NCBI GenBank assembly: GCA_951406725.2
Contig: OX597830.1
Span: 76,508,001 to 76,572,000 of the forward strand
Reading direction: 5' to 3'
Length of the DNA: 64,000 bases
Source of the DNA: Octopus vulgaris
Lineage: Eukaryota
Shown here: positions 49,618-64,000 of the stretch, one piece after another
Layout of the letters: each line of letters starts with the position of its first letter
Numbering within the stretch: the first letter of the stretch is position 1
Notes under the pieces: model-generated
What the model was told of the DNA's origin: nothing
The model's input: the letters and a program-made list of their open reading frames with translations, nothing else
Databases searched by the model: none
Made by a program: the position numbers and the translations under genes

Positions 49618-49970
49618 TTTCTTTCTTTCTTCAAATTTTCTTCCGTTTCTCGCCGAGTGTTTTCCGTACACCTAAGGCAGAGAAGCACATTGTATGCATT
49701 TCCAGATTACACACGCAATGTCACAGGTAAAATATGTATTTAAAAATTAATAAATAAATAAATTCATGGATGGATGTTGTTTTCACCGCGATAATGCTCT
49801 TCTCAGTACATGAGCCGTTCCAGCTAATACGATTTATTGCACTTCCTGTTGGGATGGTAAGCCAGTTATCATTTTGAAATAGGTTTCAGTACCTTTTTTT
49901 TATCATTCCTAGAGATCATACAATCACTGGTACTGTAGTCGCCTTGAGATGCAAACATATTTTCAATTTC

Positions 49971-50030
<60 letters not shown>

Positions 50031-50263
50031 CATTTTTTTTTCTTCTTTCAAATTTGCTTCCATTTCTTGCCGAGTGTCTTCCCGACTCCTAGGGCAAAGA
50101 AACTCATAGTATACATTGGTAGGCCATTAAACCAAACTCAGTAGTTCATTCATTTTTTTTTTTTTTTAAGTTAAATTAAAATACATGAGCAGCAACAGTT
50201 CTCACATCGACAATGCTCTTCTCAATACGTGTGATGTACCAGTTAAGACAATATTTTGCACTT
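49618..50263 (-). mobile_element. Two very short 5'-truncated Dong-like 3' ends (49618-49972 and 50035-50263) within (TAA)n tracts
   Basis: EIEN..HLKATTVPVIV.SLGMIKK; VQNIVLTGTSHVLRRALSM*; shared 3' end cactcggc(g/a)agaaa..aaatttgaa. Confidence 0.7.
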
Positions 50264-50311
50264 CTTCTTCTTCTTCTTCTTCTTCTTATTCTTATTCTTC
50301 TTCTTCTTCTT

Positions 50312-50394
<83 letters not shown>

Positions 50395-50893
50395 ATTTTG
50401 ACAGAACAGTTTATATAATGTATCAAAATGTTTTGTATATATCCTCGACCTGGTCGCTGACACGCTACCTCAAGTGTATCAGAGAGTATCAAGTGTTAAT
50501 CAAGTGTTATATATGAAACAAACGTTGGAAATCAAACAAAATAGAAAGGAAAAAGAAAATAACTTTAGCACACACAAACACACATACTTGCATAAACACA
50601 TATACACACTTACACATAGGCACGCACACATACACATAGACATTGACGCAAATATATATAGATAATGACCGATGTCTGTCATTATATAATTTGGATTTAA
50701 AGGAAGTCATAACTCAGTAGTTGTAGTTATAAAGCTAATACTAATACTACGAATAATAATAATAATAATGATAATAATAATAATTAGTGTTCGCGATTTA
50801 TTATTCACCCATGGTGACTCGCCCAAAATACAACGATATTTTGTTTCCAACGCGACAGCTGAACACAAGATTTCTTACTAAATACATACATAC

Positions 50894-50993
<100 letters not shown>

Positions 50994-51045
50994 GTATTAT
51001 ATATATATACATACATACATATATATATATATATGTATGTATATG

Positions 51046-51096
<51 letters not shown>

Positions 51097-51622
51097 GTCT
51101 GTATATGAATGAATGTATATATATCTACATATTTGTGTGTATGTGTGTGTGTTTGTGCTTGCGTCAGATAAGAGGAGGAGAATTGAAAAATGTATTACTA
51201 GAGGATAGAAAGATAGATGGAGAGATAAAGAGAGATAGAAATAGAGAGAGAGAGACAGACAGACAGACAGAGAAAAAAGAGAGAGAAATACATACATAGA
51301 GAGAGAAAGAGAGAGAGAGGAGGGAGTGAATAGCGTGAGAGTGATAGGGATAAATCATTGAGATAATCTATCATCAGCTGATCGTAAAAATGTCACGAAC
51401 CAACAGTTTTATTACAAGAATGTCACCTAAATCAGAATGCAATCGCACACACATATTAACACAAATAAACACACACACACATATATATATATACGTACCT
51501 ATGTATGCATGTATATATATATGTGTGTATATGTATGCATATATATATATATGTGTGTGTGTATATATATATAGTCTGCGAGACAAACATACACAGGTAA
51601 ACACATGTGCAGACACAGACGA

Positions 51623-51655
<33 letters not shown>

Positions 51656-51686
51656 TAATCCTCTAGACAATCAAACACATTTCAGT

Positions 51687-51759
<73 letters not shown>

Positions 51760-52249
51760 CCTCTAGACAGTCACGCACATCTCGGTACATATATATATAT
51801 AGGCATTCATCACAACATGTACGGAAGCTACATACGCATATACATATACAGTCACACACGAAACAGAGTGTTGCTAACGAATGTCTTACATTAATACACA
51901 GTTCGTAGTTGTACTTATAAACAGAACATATAAACACACATTTATATATGTATATGTATATATAAAGAAAAGAATGTGCAAAAAGTACGATCAAAGAAAA
52001 GAGTACATGGCCGGCTGAATTATACATGTGCCAAGTCCGACACGCACACACAAACAGTTACACCCCACCACACACAAACACACATATAGAGGCGTGCATA
52101 TGCGTTTGTGTGTGTGTTCAACATACTGGGTGGACAAACAAAATAAAGTAGAATTTAATGCTCAACACATTTATTTGGTTGGAGTTACGTTCCTTTGATA
52201 ACAGATTCTTACAAAACACGGCAAATCGGATATTCGGAGAGAACACAGA

Positions 52250-54360
52250 GAGAAGATGAACGATACTTGACATCCAAGGACCGATCTCGAAATCCTTGCT
52301 GTCCTCAATAAGAGAGCTTTCTGAGTATGTTTTACGCACGTGTAAATCCCAATTTTTCTAACAGATTGCTCAAATCTAGTTGCTAATGCCTCCAGTACTC
52401 CTACAGCTCTTGGGATGACACTGGCTTTCTTTATTGCTCCCAACCGTGCAATTTCACCAATTAGCGGCTTGTACTTTTCAATCTTTTCTAGTTCTTTTTC
52501 ATTTCCTCATACATCTCAAGGTAAGGCAATGTTTCCTTCATCATATTATCAACTACAGAAATGTCTGGTATCCGAGTATCAATCGCTGTATCAGACTAGA
52601 TTGTAAAATCCCAAGAGATCATAAACATCTGGTTTATGCTCATACAATTTTAATGTCCTTTGAAGAGAGTACTTCTCACACAATATCCAATGGACATACT
52701 TAGCTACGTTATCATGCCTCATTTTGTACTTGTTTTGGTCCAATTTGCTTTACTCACTCACAATATGTGAGACTGTTTCATTTTTGATGCCACACACCCT
52801 GAGAAAGGAAGATTCACTACATATCTATTTGTAACATGGAGCAATTAGTTTTCAGAGCTTGTTCTTTACCGCTGCATATCAATGCTTCAGAGCATCCTTT
52901 CAGATCACTTTTTCTTAGTTACCTCCAGGTGTTGATCTTGTCTTTCCCTTTCGCTAAAGTATTGCCCATGTATCGCATTCATTTACCAGTTGTTCACTCT
53001 TTTATTCCCCCATCTTGTTTCTTGAATGTTTTAGGGTATGTCATATTTTCACGAGATTCAATCTGCTGATTGACGTACCATCTCAGACTGCCTTCATTGA
53101 TAACACAGATCTTGCATCCTACGTAACCTCTTCTTCCTTTGTTTCTGGGTACATACACTCTATCGAGATCGCTTTTAGTGTGCAGTTCCTTGTTCGTTGT
53201 CATCACTTTCCAGGTGTTTCTATCCATTTCCTCAAACTCATTTTTTGTCCATCTACGAACACTGTGCCATATCGCATTAAATAGACAGCCCATGTATTCA
53301 TTACCCTGACCTTGTTCTTTCCATTGAATGTACTCTCCATAATCAGTTTGGTTCTTCTGAGGTATTTTTGCCTAAAGCTTTCCTTCATCTAACACCTTAA
53401 TTTTGTAATACTACAAAATCCATCCACCTCAACAGCCTTAATTCTCTCGCATTTGGGCAATTCTACGTCATCAGATGGCACTAGTTTGCCATGTTTAATG
53501 ATAAACATACTACACTTTTTGATCCCAAATTCCATCCCGATATCCTTAGCTGAACATCTACGTTGTTGAAACCAGGCCATTTATTTCACGTTCGGGCTTA
53601 CCGAAAATCTTTAAGTCATCCATAAAGAACAGATGTTTCAAATTTTCTCCAACTTTCAAGGTGTACCCCAATGTCAGTTTCTGTACTTTCTGCATGACGG
53701 GTATCATATAAATCGCAAACAGCAATGGCAACAGACTATCTCCTTGAAATATGCCTCTCCTGATGTTAACCTTCGCCACAAATTCTTTACAAGATGTTAA
53801 CTCGATATTCTAGTTCTTCATTGGTATAAAATTCAACTCAAGACTTCTTAAAATCCAGGAATACTGGACATGCCGTACGTTTTCTTATAATCGATCCACA
53901 CCATTCCTAGATTAGTATATCTTCTTTTTACAGTCATTCAGTACCAATCTTTCTATCAGAAGTTTATCTTTGGTCCCTCGATTTTTCCCTCCTGTATCTA
54001 TTTTGTTCAAATGGTCGGTTGTTATTCATTACAAGAAAATCATATACACAGTTAGATATTACTCCATGTTGGAGTAATGTTGTGGTCATCTACTTCGGGA
54101 TTTCCACACGGTTGTTTATCGTTTCGTCTATTTGCGCAGCTGTTCTTTCGTATAATACTGAGAAATTTTTCAGCCAGTATCCTTGTACCCCATCAGGGCC
54201 AGGATATTTCTAGTTTGGAACCATTGTTGTCTTCTCGGTCTCCATTTCATTAGTTATACTTATGTGGACCTGTTTCACTTCACTTCATTCCGTTATCCTA
54301 GATGTCGCTAAAAAAACCCCAGCTTTCCTCAGCGGCAGGTTTCTCAATGTTATTAATCTT
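52250..54360 (-). pseudogene. Decayed R4/Dong-like LINE
   Basis: RRGIFQGDSLLPLLF, FMDDLKIF, IGMEFGIKKC, YLRRTKLI..NTWA; 5' side abuts (TAA)n. Confidence 0.85.
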
Positions 54361-54380
54361 TTTGTTTATTATTATCATCA

Positions 54381-54473
<93 letters not shown>

Positions 54474-54488
54474 TATTATTATTCAGTA

Positions 54489-54877
54489 GTTTTATTTTTA
54501 TAGCGTGCTTTCACTTCACTACCGAGCGCAGCTCTGTGTGCCTTGGGTATGTGCTGTGATTTGTTGTGATGCTCTGATGGTTATTGTATGGAAAGTGTTC
54601 TGCGTAGGATGTGTGCAGTGCCTAGTAGTGCAATTTTCTGTATGTTATATGTGTTTGTAAGTCCTGGTGTTTTTGTTATGTATTTGTCTGAATATTTTTT
54701 TATCATGCCTAATGCACCTACTATGATAGGGATTGTTTCTCTTTTCAGATTCCACATTCTAGTTACCTCTATTTCCAGGTCTTTGTATTTTGAGAGTTTC
54801 TCCATTTCTTTTAGAGACACGTTGTCATCTGCCGGTATTGATACATCAATTAGAAAGCATTTTTTTTCTTCATGATC

Positions 54878-54878
<1 letters not shown>
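54489..54878 (-). pseudogene. 5'-truncated Dong-like LINE: intact REL C-terminus plus 3' UTR, (TAA)n on both sides
   Basis: KCFLIDVSIP..KEMEKLSKYKDLEIEVTRMW..IPIIVGALG..IQKIALLGTAHILRRTLSIQ*. Confidence 0.9.
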
Positions 54879-54948
<70 letters not shown>

Positions 54949-55455
54949 CATCATCACCATTATTATTATACAGGCACACCAGTCTGTAGTATGTCGGATA
55001 AAATACGTTGTGGTTTAATGTTACGAGACTCCTATAGGTCTGAGTTCAAATCCTGTCGAATTTAGCGTTGCCATTTTACCAATTCGCCATTCTTTTACAA
55101 TATAACCGATCCAGTGCTGGTGACGGTCTAATTAAGCCTACAAACCACCTGCTAATGTTATGACATAGTTTATGAGACATCACTATTTATACAAAGTGTT
55201 TATAATTGGGAGTAAGTTATGGTATCGTGTATTTCAAAAAAAAAATAAAATAAAGACATCGTGTGCGGTTTGTGGCAGCACGGTGGATGGGTGTGTTTGA
55301 GTTGTGTAAAAAATAAGAAGGCGTCTCAAATGTCCATGTGTGTGCGTTTGCATAAGTAAGGGTATGAATGTGGCGTTTGCATAACTATGAAGTGTTAAAT
55401 GTACGTATATATGTATTGGCATGAATACGTTTGAACACACAAAGTCAACACAGTG

Positions 55456-55516
<61 letters not shown>

Positions 55517-55576
55517 GTATGTATATATATATAATATGTATATTTAACATATATATTTAACAAATATATATGTATG

Positions 55577-55673
<97 letters not shown>

Positions 55674-55677
55674 TTCA

Positions 55678-55734
<57 letters not shown>

Positions 55735-56603
55735 CTGAAAACAGTTTGATTCGATTCCATTTAACTGTTTTAAATAATATATGTAACTTCTACTAAATGC
55801 GTTGATTGCCTCTTCCTTTCGTTTACACATTCAAGTATGTGTATATATATATATACATATATATGTATGTATGTATGTTCGTACGTATGTTCGTATGTAT
55901 GTTCGTATGTATATAAATATGTGGGTGTATATGTATGCTCATATGTGTATATACACATACACGCATACATATATAACTATATACATACGCATGTGTGGAT
56001 ACGTATGTGCGTGGCTTTGTGTATGATTGCGCATTTGTCTGTAAATGTGCGTACGTGAAAGCAAAGTTAAAGTTTATAATCGAACATACTGGAAATGTAC
56101 GTAAGAACTAGCTCGTTTCCTTATATGAGAGTGTACAATACATTTACTTATGTACGTGAATGGCTTTCTACGTATGAATGCATGTATTTATGTTCGTGTA
56201 TGCCAGCGTGTTGACAGAGACATAAACTGTAGCTATGAGCGTCCATTGACACTTTTAATGGCGGAAAGAAAGCGAAACACGGTGCTGGAACAAAATGGCC
56301 GCCACATAAACAACATAAAATTGTGACAGCGCTCTTATTTCTTCTACGTTGCGGTTTTGTTGAATTAGACACCAAACAGTGTTATTATGTACAACTTGTG
56401 GGGATATTTTATTGCTGCCGTTGTTGTTGATGTTTGCCATTGTGGTTTAGATGTTTTGCTGTTTATATTTGTACAGATTTTCTGGTTGTCGTTGTTGTGG
56501 ATTATAGAGCATGCTTTACGATTTGTATTTACGCTTTATTTTATCCTTCTTGATGATGTTGTTGCTAACACCAAAGGTTCTTGTTTTCTAATCTTTATTG
56601 CTA

Positions 56604-56645
<42 letters not shown>

Positions 56646-57696
56646 GAGTAGTAACTGCTGTTGTTGTTTTCGGAATTGGTTTAAAGTGTCATGGCGAATA
56701 AAGGATTGGATTTATGGATGTTGCTGTTGCCGTTCTTTTATTTGTTGATCCTTGGAATTTTAAATTTGCGGTTTTTAGCTTCCTCTTTTATTCCCTTTTG
56801 CTTGTTTCAGTCATTTGATTGTGGCCATGCTGGAGTACCGCCTTTAGTCGAGCAAATCACTCCCAGGACTTATTCTTTGTAAGCCTAGTACAAGTCATTG
56901 CTCAGGCTGGGGCTACAATAGAAGATACTTGCCCAAAGTGCGCTGCAGTGGGACTGAACTCTGAACCACGTGGTTACAAAATGAGCGTCTTTACAACGAA
57001 CTCATGCCCTCGTTTATATATGCTTATATGTATGTATGTATATATGTATGTATGTTATATATGTGCAGATTTGTATGTTTTATGTATGTATTCTCATGCA
57101 CATATTTGCATATCTAGACATGTATGTATGTATGTATGTATGTATGTATGTATGTATGTATGTATGTATGTTGTGTATGTATGTTCAAAGAAGCAAAGAA
57201 ACTGTTGATAAATACAGAAATGGCCAGTCTTCACTTTATCAAGTTTTCATCTCTAAACTCTTAATTTTATTCTGCATTCTGTTTTTAACTTTCTTTCTTA
57301 TAATCTGACCCCGACGATAGAATCGGAATTTATAGTCCACCTGACCCTTGTCTGTATATTTCTGTAATTTTTATTTTGATTATATTTGTATTGTGACAGT
57401 CACTACATCTATGTCTATAAACTACTGAAAATAACACTGCTTAGGATTTGCATCCCCATACGGAATAAAATGACAGTAGGATCTTACCGAGGACTTATTT
57501 AAACAATCACTTGAGGTGTATTTAATACCTTCGATGGATTATGATGATTACACAAAATCTCACCAATGGAATATGTGTGAGAAAAATTTGCTGAAACGAT
57601 TGTTGTGATTTTAAATACTCAATATTATTCATCCCATTTTCTATCCACATACATACATGCATACATACATACAAACATACATACATACATACATAC

Positions 57697-57742
<46 letters not shown>

Positions 57743-57943
57743 TCACTCACACATACGTGCGCATATGCATACATAAATACATACATGCATGCATACATGC
57801 TTGCGTACATGTATGCATACATATATACATACATATATGTGTGAATTGGTGTCTGTATTTGGGATTTCTCCTATCACTGCTTGACAAACCGTATTGTTTA
57901 GTTTACTTCCTCGATACATAGCGGTTCGGCAAAATATACTGAT

Positions 57944-58264
57944 AAGCGTAAAGTGTAACCTCTCGAAAGAGCTGTTCTTCACTCCTGCTCCAGAGCGTCG
58001 GCTGCGTGGTCATTCCGAAAAGCTCTACCAGCGACGATTTCATCTCAATCGAAGGAGAGGAGCTTTCTCCGTCCGGGTTGCGGATCCGTGGAACAATCTG
58101 CCAGACGAGATAGTGAAGATGCCGACGACCGCTTTGTTCAAAGCCTCCCTTGACCTCAAGTGGCCTGAACTCTTTACATGGACACCACCCTGTACTTAAC
58201 TCCATGTCTCCCTACATGGCCTTGCTATTTGCTTTTGAGCCAAATTAACTAACTAACTAACTAA
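57944..58264 (+). mobile_element. 3' fragment of the same LINE family as 24099-25715, inserted in a SINE B tail
   Basis: Close reverse-complement match to 24110-24427, with (TAAC)n tail. Confidence 0.92.
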
Positions 58265-58368
58265 GTGCCAGACTTAAAAGCCTAAACAAGTAATAGGGTC
58301 AATTTGTTCGACTAAATATTACAAAGCGGAACCCTGGTATGGCTGCTGTCCAATGACTGAAACAAGAA

Positions 58369-58399
<31 letters not shown>

Positions 58400-58404
<5 letters not shown>

Positions 58405-58632
58405 AATAGATGAAAAATGGAAAAGAGCAAAGCATTTGGCGTAAAAATATGAAGTATAAATAAAATATAGAACAGTTATAATACATAAGCAAAGTCTCCT
58501 ACAGCTGTTTCTGGAATAGCTGATCAAGTGAATCATGTTAATGTGTAACAAATTCACGTAAACCAAGCATCTCGTCATCGAAGAGATCGGATCAGAAACA
58601 GCTGTAAGCTTAGCTGTTCCATGCTTCCGTTA
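58400..58632. mobile_element. (TA)n-adjacent insert with two inverted hammerhead half-motifs
   Basis: tacagctgtttctg (58500-58513) / cagaaacagctgta (58593-58606). Confidence 0.55.
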
Positions 58633-58662
58633 TACATACATACATAAAACATTCATACATAC

Positions 58663-58756
<94 letters not shown>

Positions 58757-58759
58757 GAT

Positions 58760-58811
<52 letters not shown>

Positions 58812-59270
58812 CTCGATTCTACACAGTTTTCGACTACCAGATTGACCCACAAGGCATTGGTTGGCGCGAGGCAATATTGGACGACACTTGTCTATGTCAC
58901 CGCTGAGTGTGATTGGAACCGGAAACCACACGATTATATAGCAGACTTCATATCCACACGCCCATTCCTTGTCTTTACTATAAAATTACCAGAAATTCTT
59001 TAGAATTTGATATCGAAATTCTAAATGCTTTCTAATTTTTGTTGTTTTTGTTTTTTACTTAAAACACTTAAAAAAAAACACACTTACCTCTGTATGTGAA
59101 TATGCGATAATCTATTTTTCCTATACAGGTAGAGTTTTTGGGTAATGTCCGTTTGCTGCTAAATGCATAAATAAATCAATTACTGCTTTTGTAATATATT
59201 TTCCTCTGCAGATAATAATACATAAGGAATTGGCTAAATGTGTGCGTGTGTATGTGCGTATGTGTGTCTG

Positions 59271-59305
<35 letters not shown>

Positions 59306-59653
59306 GTTATATATAGTAGATTTTATTGGCATATTCGCTTTTAGACATATGTGCATGTACATACGTCTATATATATGTATATATATATATATATATACAT
59401 AAATATATATATATATGTATATATATGTGTATGTATATGTGTATGTATATACATGTATATATATATATGTATATATATGTCTGTATACATGTGTATATAC
59501 ATATACGTCTATATATATGCATATATATGTACATATATATATGTATATATATATATATATATGTATGTATATATATATATATATGTATGTATATACATGT
59601 ATATTTATACATATATACATACAAATATACACACACATACATACATACAACCC

Positions 59654-59697
<44 letters not shown>

Positions 59698-60442
59698 GCA
59701 CGCTTACACACTCAATATTGTATATGATTTTGAATAGATTGCATAATGTATGGCTGCTCTGTCTCTCCGTCATTAGACTTCATTTAACCCAATAATGAAT
59801 CATCCAGATGCACGTAAATACGTGTCTTAAAAGTCTTCAAATGCCTCCACATTGAATCAATCACGTTTTTGGATAATAACTCTTACACTTTATATACCAT
59901 GGATATGATTTATATGTTAAATAGATGTTTCTAGTCTTGTTGGTTACCGCTCTTATTTAATGTGTGTTTATGTTTTTCATCCAGGTTTTTTTTATGACTT
60001 ATTTTATATGTTGCGGGTATGGTTGTGTGTGTGGCTAAGAAGCCCCACTTTGCAATTGCGTGATATCATGTTCAATACGGCAGTTTGGGTAAATATCTTT
60101 TACTATCGCCCCGGACCAACGCATGTTTTGCGAGTGTAGATTTTGTAGACAGAAATTGTGATGAAGTGCGTGCGTTTATATTTAGATGTGATTCATAAAT
60201 TAATGTAATCATAATGATTCGGTGATCTTAATAGATTTCTTCGTTTGCATTAATTTGTGAATATGCATTTGTTGTGAGTAATCCTAGACATATATACTGT
60301 AAAATTTTTGCTTATCGAATGTGATCGAACTTCGAAGCTTACAAATTTTATGGTAGTTATATGGAAAGATAAATCTGTTTCCACCTGTCACACTTCCTGA
60401 CATTATATTGTATATATAACTGTATGTATATTTATATAATTG

Positions 60443-60735
60443 GTGGAGGCGCAAAGGTCCAGTGGTTAGGGCAGCGGACTCGCGGTCGTAGGATCGCGGT
60501 TTCGATTCTTAGACCGGGCGTTGTGAGTGTTTATTGAGCAAAAACATCTAAAGCTCCACGGCAGTGGGTGGTGGTGATCCCTGTGGTAGTTTTTCGCCGC
60601 ATCTTTCTCTCACTCTTTCTTCTGTTGGTCTGCTCGCTTAGCCTGCGGGGTAACGTCACTTGATGGCTAAAACAATGAGAAGCGCATTGTGACCAGCGAT
60701 GTGTAGTGACATCTGATAATCTGGTCAGTCACGTG
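60443..60735 (+). mobile_element. Full-length SINE D with ~80-bp target-site duplication
   Basis: tRNA-like head; direct repeats 60359-60442 and 60736-60815. Confidence 0.9.
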
Positions 60736-62129
60736 ATATGGAAAGATAAATCTGTTTCCACCTGTCACACTTCCTGACTTTATATTGTATATATAACTGT
60801 ATGTATATATAATTGAGTGTGCGCATGTGTGTGTGTCTGTATGCCTGTCTTTGTTCCTTAACCACCGCGTGACAGCCGGTGTTGGTTTGTTTATATCTCT
60901 GTTATCAAACGGCCTGGCAAAAAAAAAGATAAAATAAATAAGAAAACAAAACAAATAAATAGGTGTCAAATTGTTGTATGAAATCACTTCAAAGATGGTG
61001 CCCCAGCATGGCTGCAGGTCAATAATATAAACAATTAAATGATAATATGAAAAATAAGATATAAAAAACATTTATTCTGGCATATCTTTAAAAAACGGTT
61101 TCGTTTAGACTATGTTTTTTTTATTATTTTAGTTTATTTTCACAAATTACACCGGTTTCAGATTTTATTATTACATCTGTCTTTGATTTCTTTCGACATT
61201 TCGTTTGCTATGGAAGAAGCAACTGAGCCAGTTATCTCTTGGAGACCTTCAAACCATAGAAACCGTAGAGATGCAACAAGCAAAGAATAAAGAATCTCTC
61301 TCTCTCTCTGTATCTATCTATCTCTATCTCTCTTTCTCTCTGTATATATATGTATATATATGTATATGTATATATGTACATATTATCATTAATAAAATGT
61401 TTATTTTATGCATCATATATCATCTATGGGTTTCAGATTACATAAATGCATATCGAAACTCTGCATCATCTTATCCACAATCACCACTGCGTAGTTTGTA
61501 TTCCGAACACTACCGGAGTTCGAGGTTTGATGCCCAGCATTCTACTACACTGGAAACAAGCGTGATGTGTGGGGCCTACTACTGCGCTTAAACTTAAGGT
61601 ACTATCGCCCTCACATAGAAAGACAGAAAGAAAGAAAGAATACAAATGCATAAGATTCACTACACCTGTTTCTGATGTGCGTTTTTTTAATAGTGAATAA
61701 ACTGATTATATTACAAAATATAAGCGTTTTCTTCAGGTGAATAAAAAACTTAGATTTTAAAATTCGGTTCCGAAAATACCAAGATATTGAATGTATGTTG
61801 AAAACCTCTCATTTCGGCCACATACACATGAACATATACATACAAGTTCACACACTAACATACACACATGTACAGTTACTGGTAAACCGTTACTGTGCTA
61901 AAAGATACAACCCCCAATGTGTCTCGCTTCAAAATCGAACTAGGAAGCGTATGGTTGTCAAAGAAGTTTCGTCATCATATAGCTACATTTGCAAGCATAC
62001 ACACTTGGTTTCATCACTAAATATCCGAAATGTTGCTATAGTAACGAAGCTAAGGGATCCAGAGCAAAGCCACTTGGTACAGATTGACCTTGAACTCTGC
62101 CGTGCATGTCACTAAATTTTAACATTCTG

Positions 62130-62817
62130 GTTCACTGCCGCTATTTACAGCAGTGATTGGAAGGAAGGTGTGTAGCGTGTTATCGTGGCACTGGGAATGA
62201 CAGAGAAAGTTGAGCAGAAAATTTGCATAAATTTTGCCAAAAGGTTGGTGATACCTGCTCCGCGGCTTGCGCAAAGTTTTCAAAGAGTTTTGGCATAAAA
62301 TTGGCAGACACGCGTCTCATACCCAAATTATTGGTGATAACGGACTGAAATGAACCGTACTTAATCTGCACATCCTCTGATAACTCATGGATGGTGATTC
62401 AACAATTTCCCTTCACAGATGCACACACATCTGTGATCTTTTTCTCAGTTCTGCTGGTTGCGGATTTCCCGGAACGTTCGTCAATATCGACATTTTTCGG
62501 CCTTCTTGGAAACGTCTAAACTACTCGTACAAATGTGTGCGGCTCATACACCCCTCTCAATACACTTTCTGCAACTTTGCGTAGGTCTCTCAGCAAGTAT
62601 CGCCATAACAACTTTCTGTCAGGGTCAATGCAACGATAACACGCTGCACACCTTCCATCCAAGCACTGCTGTAAACAGCGAAGGTAGCTACAACGTTAAA
62701 ACTTATTACTCATGCACAACGGAGTTCAAGGCCAATCTTTACTAAGCGGCTTTACTCTGAGGACTTTAGCTTCGTAACTATGTCAACATTCCGATTACTT
62801 ATTGATCAGACCTCGTA
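62130..62817 (-). pseudogene. Mariner 5' remnant with TIR, plus an inverted diverged 5' segment
   Basis: TA-cgaggtctgatcaataagt TIR; ETYAKLQKVY..FRRFQEGR..TIHELSEDVQIKYGS..LGMRRVSANFMPK. Confidence 0.8.
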
Positions 62818-62872
62818 TATAGATTTGGAGAGGGAAATGCAGTTTAGCAATGCATACTTACATACATACATA

Positions 62873-63609
62873 CATCATAGAGGTTAGCTGCCCTGCAAAT
62901 ATTAATATCTCTTTGATAATCAAAGAAAAGGAGGATATCTATGGACAACTGCATCGAAACCTCCAGCTTCTATATCCATATTCGTACCAATAATAATTAG
63001 AGCGTTAGGTTTTGTTAGTAAATGATCAAAGCAGAAAGTGGGTTAACTGGGATTTTCAGAAAGAGAAACCGGCTGGTTGATTCGTACATTACAAGTCCAA
63101 TCGGTGAGTGGAACAGTAAAAATATGCAAGACTTTTCCCAAGTTCCAGATGTGAATTTGTCTGTGTTAACTACATCCCACAAAAAAGCGTTGTATGTTTG
63201 CTGGAAACCGGCTCCCTCCACAGTGGAAGATTTATAATAATCAAAAAATTGAAAATACGAGAGCACCTATGATGAACTATAGATAAATCTGCGCTAACTC
63301 TATCCGGATTACAAGTTCAGGTTTATACCTGTAATTATTGGGTTTATTGGATATGTAACACAGTGCCTAAACACCAATCTTGAGAAATTAGCCTTCTCAA
63401 AACCGGGAAGGAGAAAGCTAATTCAAAGACTACAGATCCAATCCAAAACTGGAACTGTAAAACTAAAATTTTCCACAAGTTCATCATTTAAATATATGAG
63501 CGTGTCTAGATATGCAATTATATACATGAGAATACATACATAAAACATACAAATCTGAGCATACATACATATATACATACATACATACATAAATACATAC
63601 ATACATACA

Positions 63610-63643
<34 letters not shown>

Positions 63644-63760
63644 CAAAAATACACTGTTGCTGGTGTTGAAAGTCCAATAAAGGAACTTCGGATGTAGGCT
63701 AGAAACCGGTTCTTCCTCTATTGGCAAAAAATCTTGAAATATACTGAATAATGACATATA
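62873..63760 (+). pseudogene. Two REL-LINE 3' fragments of the (TACA)n-associated family
   Basis: IIEVSCPAN..KEKEDIYGQL..VSGTVKICKT; second copy YPDYKFRFIPVII..LQIQS.TGTVK plus 3' UTR matching 23725-24000; ends in (ACAT)n. Confidence 0.8.
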
Positions 63761-63857
63761 TACATACATACATACATACATACATACATACATACATACA
63801 TACATACATACTTACATACATACATACATACTTACATGCCTACATACATACATTTAG

Positions 63858-64000
63858 CCCCCAAAATTTTGAAAAATTTTTCGAAAATTTTCCCCAAAAA
63901 TTTTTGAAATGTTTTTGGAAAATTTTCCCCAAAATTTGAGAAAAATTTTTTGAAAATATTCCCCAGAAATTTTTGAAAAATTTTTGAAAATTTTCCCCAT
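63858..64000. repeat. ~35-bp A/T-tract tandem repeat, four units, truncated by the window end
   Basis: Unit ~CCCCAAAATTTTGAAAAATTTTTCGAAAATTTT. Confidence 0.8.

Noticed and set aside
56255-56310. YY1-like motifs (aatggcgg, aaaatggccgcc) in unique sequence
   Set aside because: Short motifs with no independent evidence of a regulatory element
63022-63237. 71-aa non-repetitive ORF as a host exon
   Set aside because: Alternative frame of a REL-LINE C-terminus
63678-63725. Hammerhead-like gaaaccggtt in a LINE 3' UTR
   Set aside because: No 5' core; better explained as the LINE 3' stem-loop (ccaata/tattgg)

Overview
This is eukaryotic, very AT-rich DNA saturated with repeats, with no host protein-coding gene, rRNA, true tRNA or CRISPR array that I can support. 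The repeat complement looks like an octopod cephalopod (Octopus-like) intron or intergenic region; that assignment is inferred from recalled repeat families, not checked. Nearly all listed ORFs are translations of microsatellites such as (TA)n, (TG)n, (TAGA)n, (TACA)n and (TAA)n. The real coding remnants are transposon fragments: CR1/L2-type LINEs (one with a largely open RT), RTE, Tx1/L1-like, many R4/Dong-like REL-endonuclease LINEs, and mariner. Non-coding elements include at least four tRNA-headed SINE families, non-autonomous Helitrons, Helentron-type HINEs and a Tigger-like MITE. The most interesting signal is a set of short non-coding elements embedded in (TA)n tracts. They carry type I hammerhead-ribozyme motifs (CUGANGA...GAAA-palindrome-GUH) at about 1331, 18769, 26190, 28800, 36325, 47116 and 58496. 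Several have an unusually long stem II and several sit in fold-back inverted repeats, which fits Penelope-like element termini or retrozyme-like RNAs. Other observations are SINE concatemers with a recurrent precise junction, an ~80-bp target-site duplication, and two REL-LINE families apparently partitioned between (TAA)n and (TACA)n targets. All coordinates were read by eye, and element ends are approximate.
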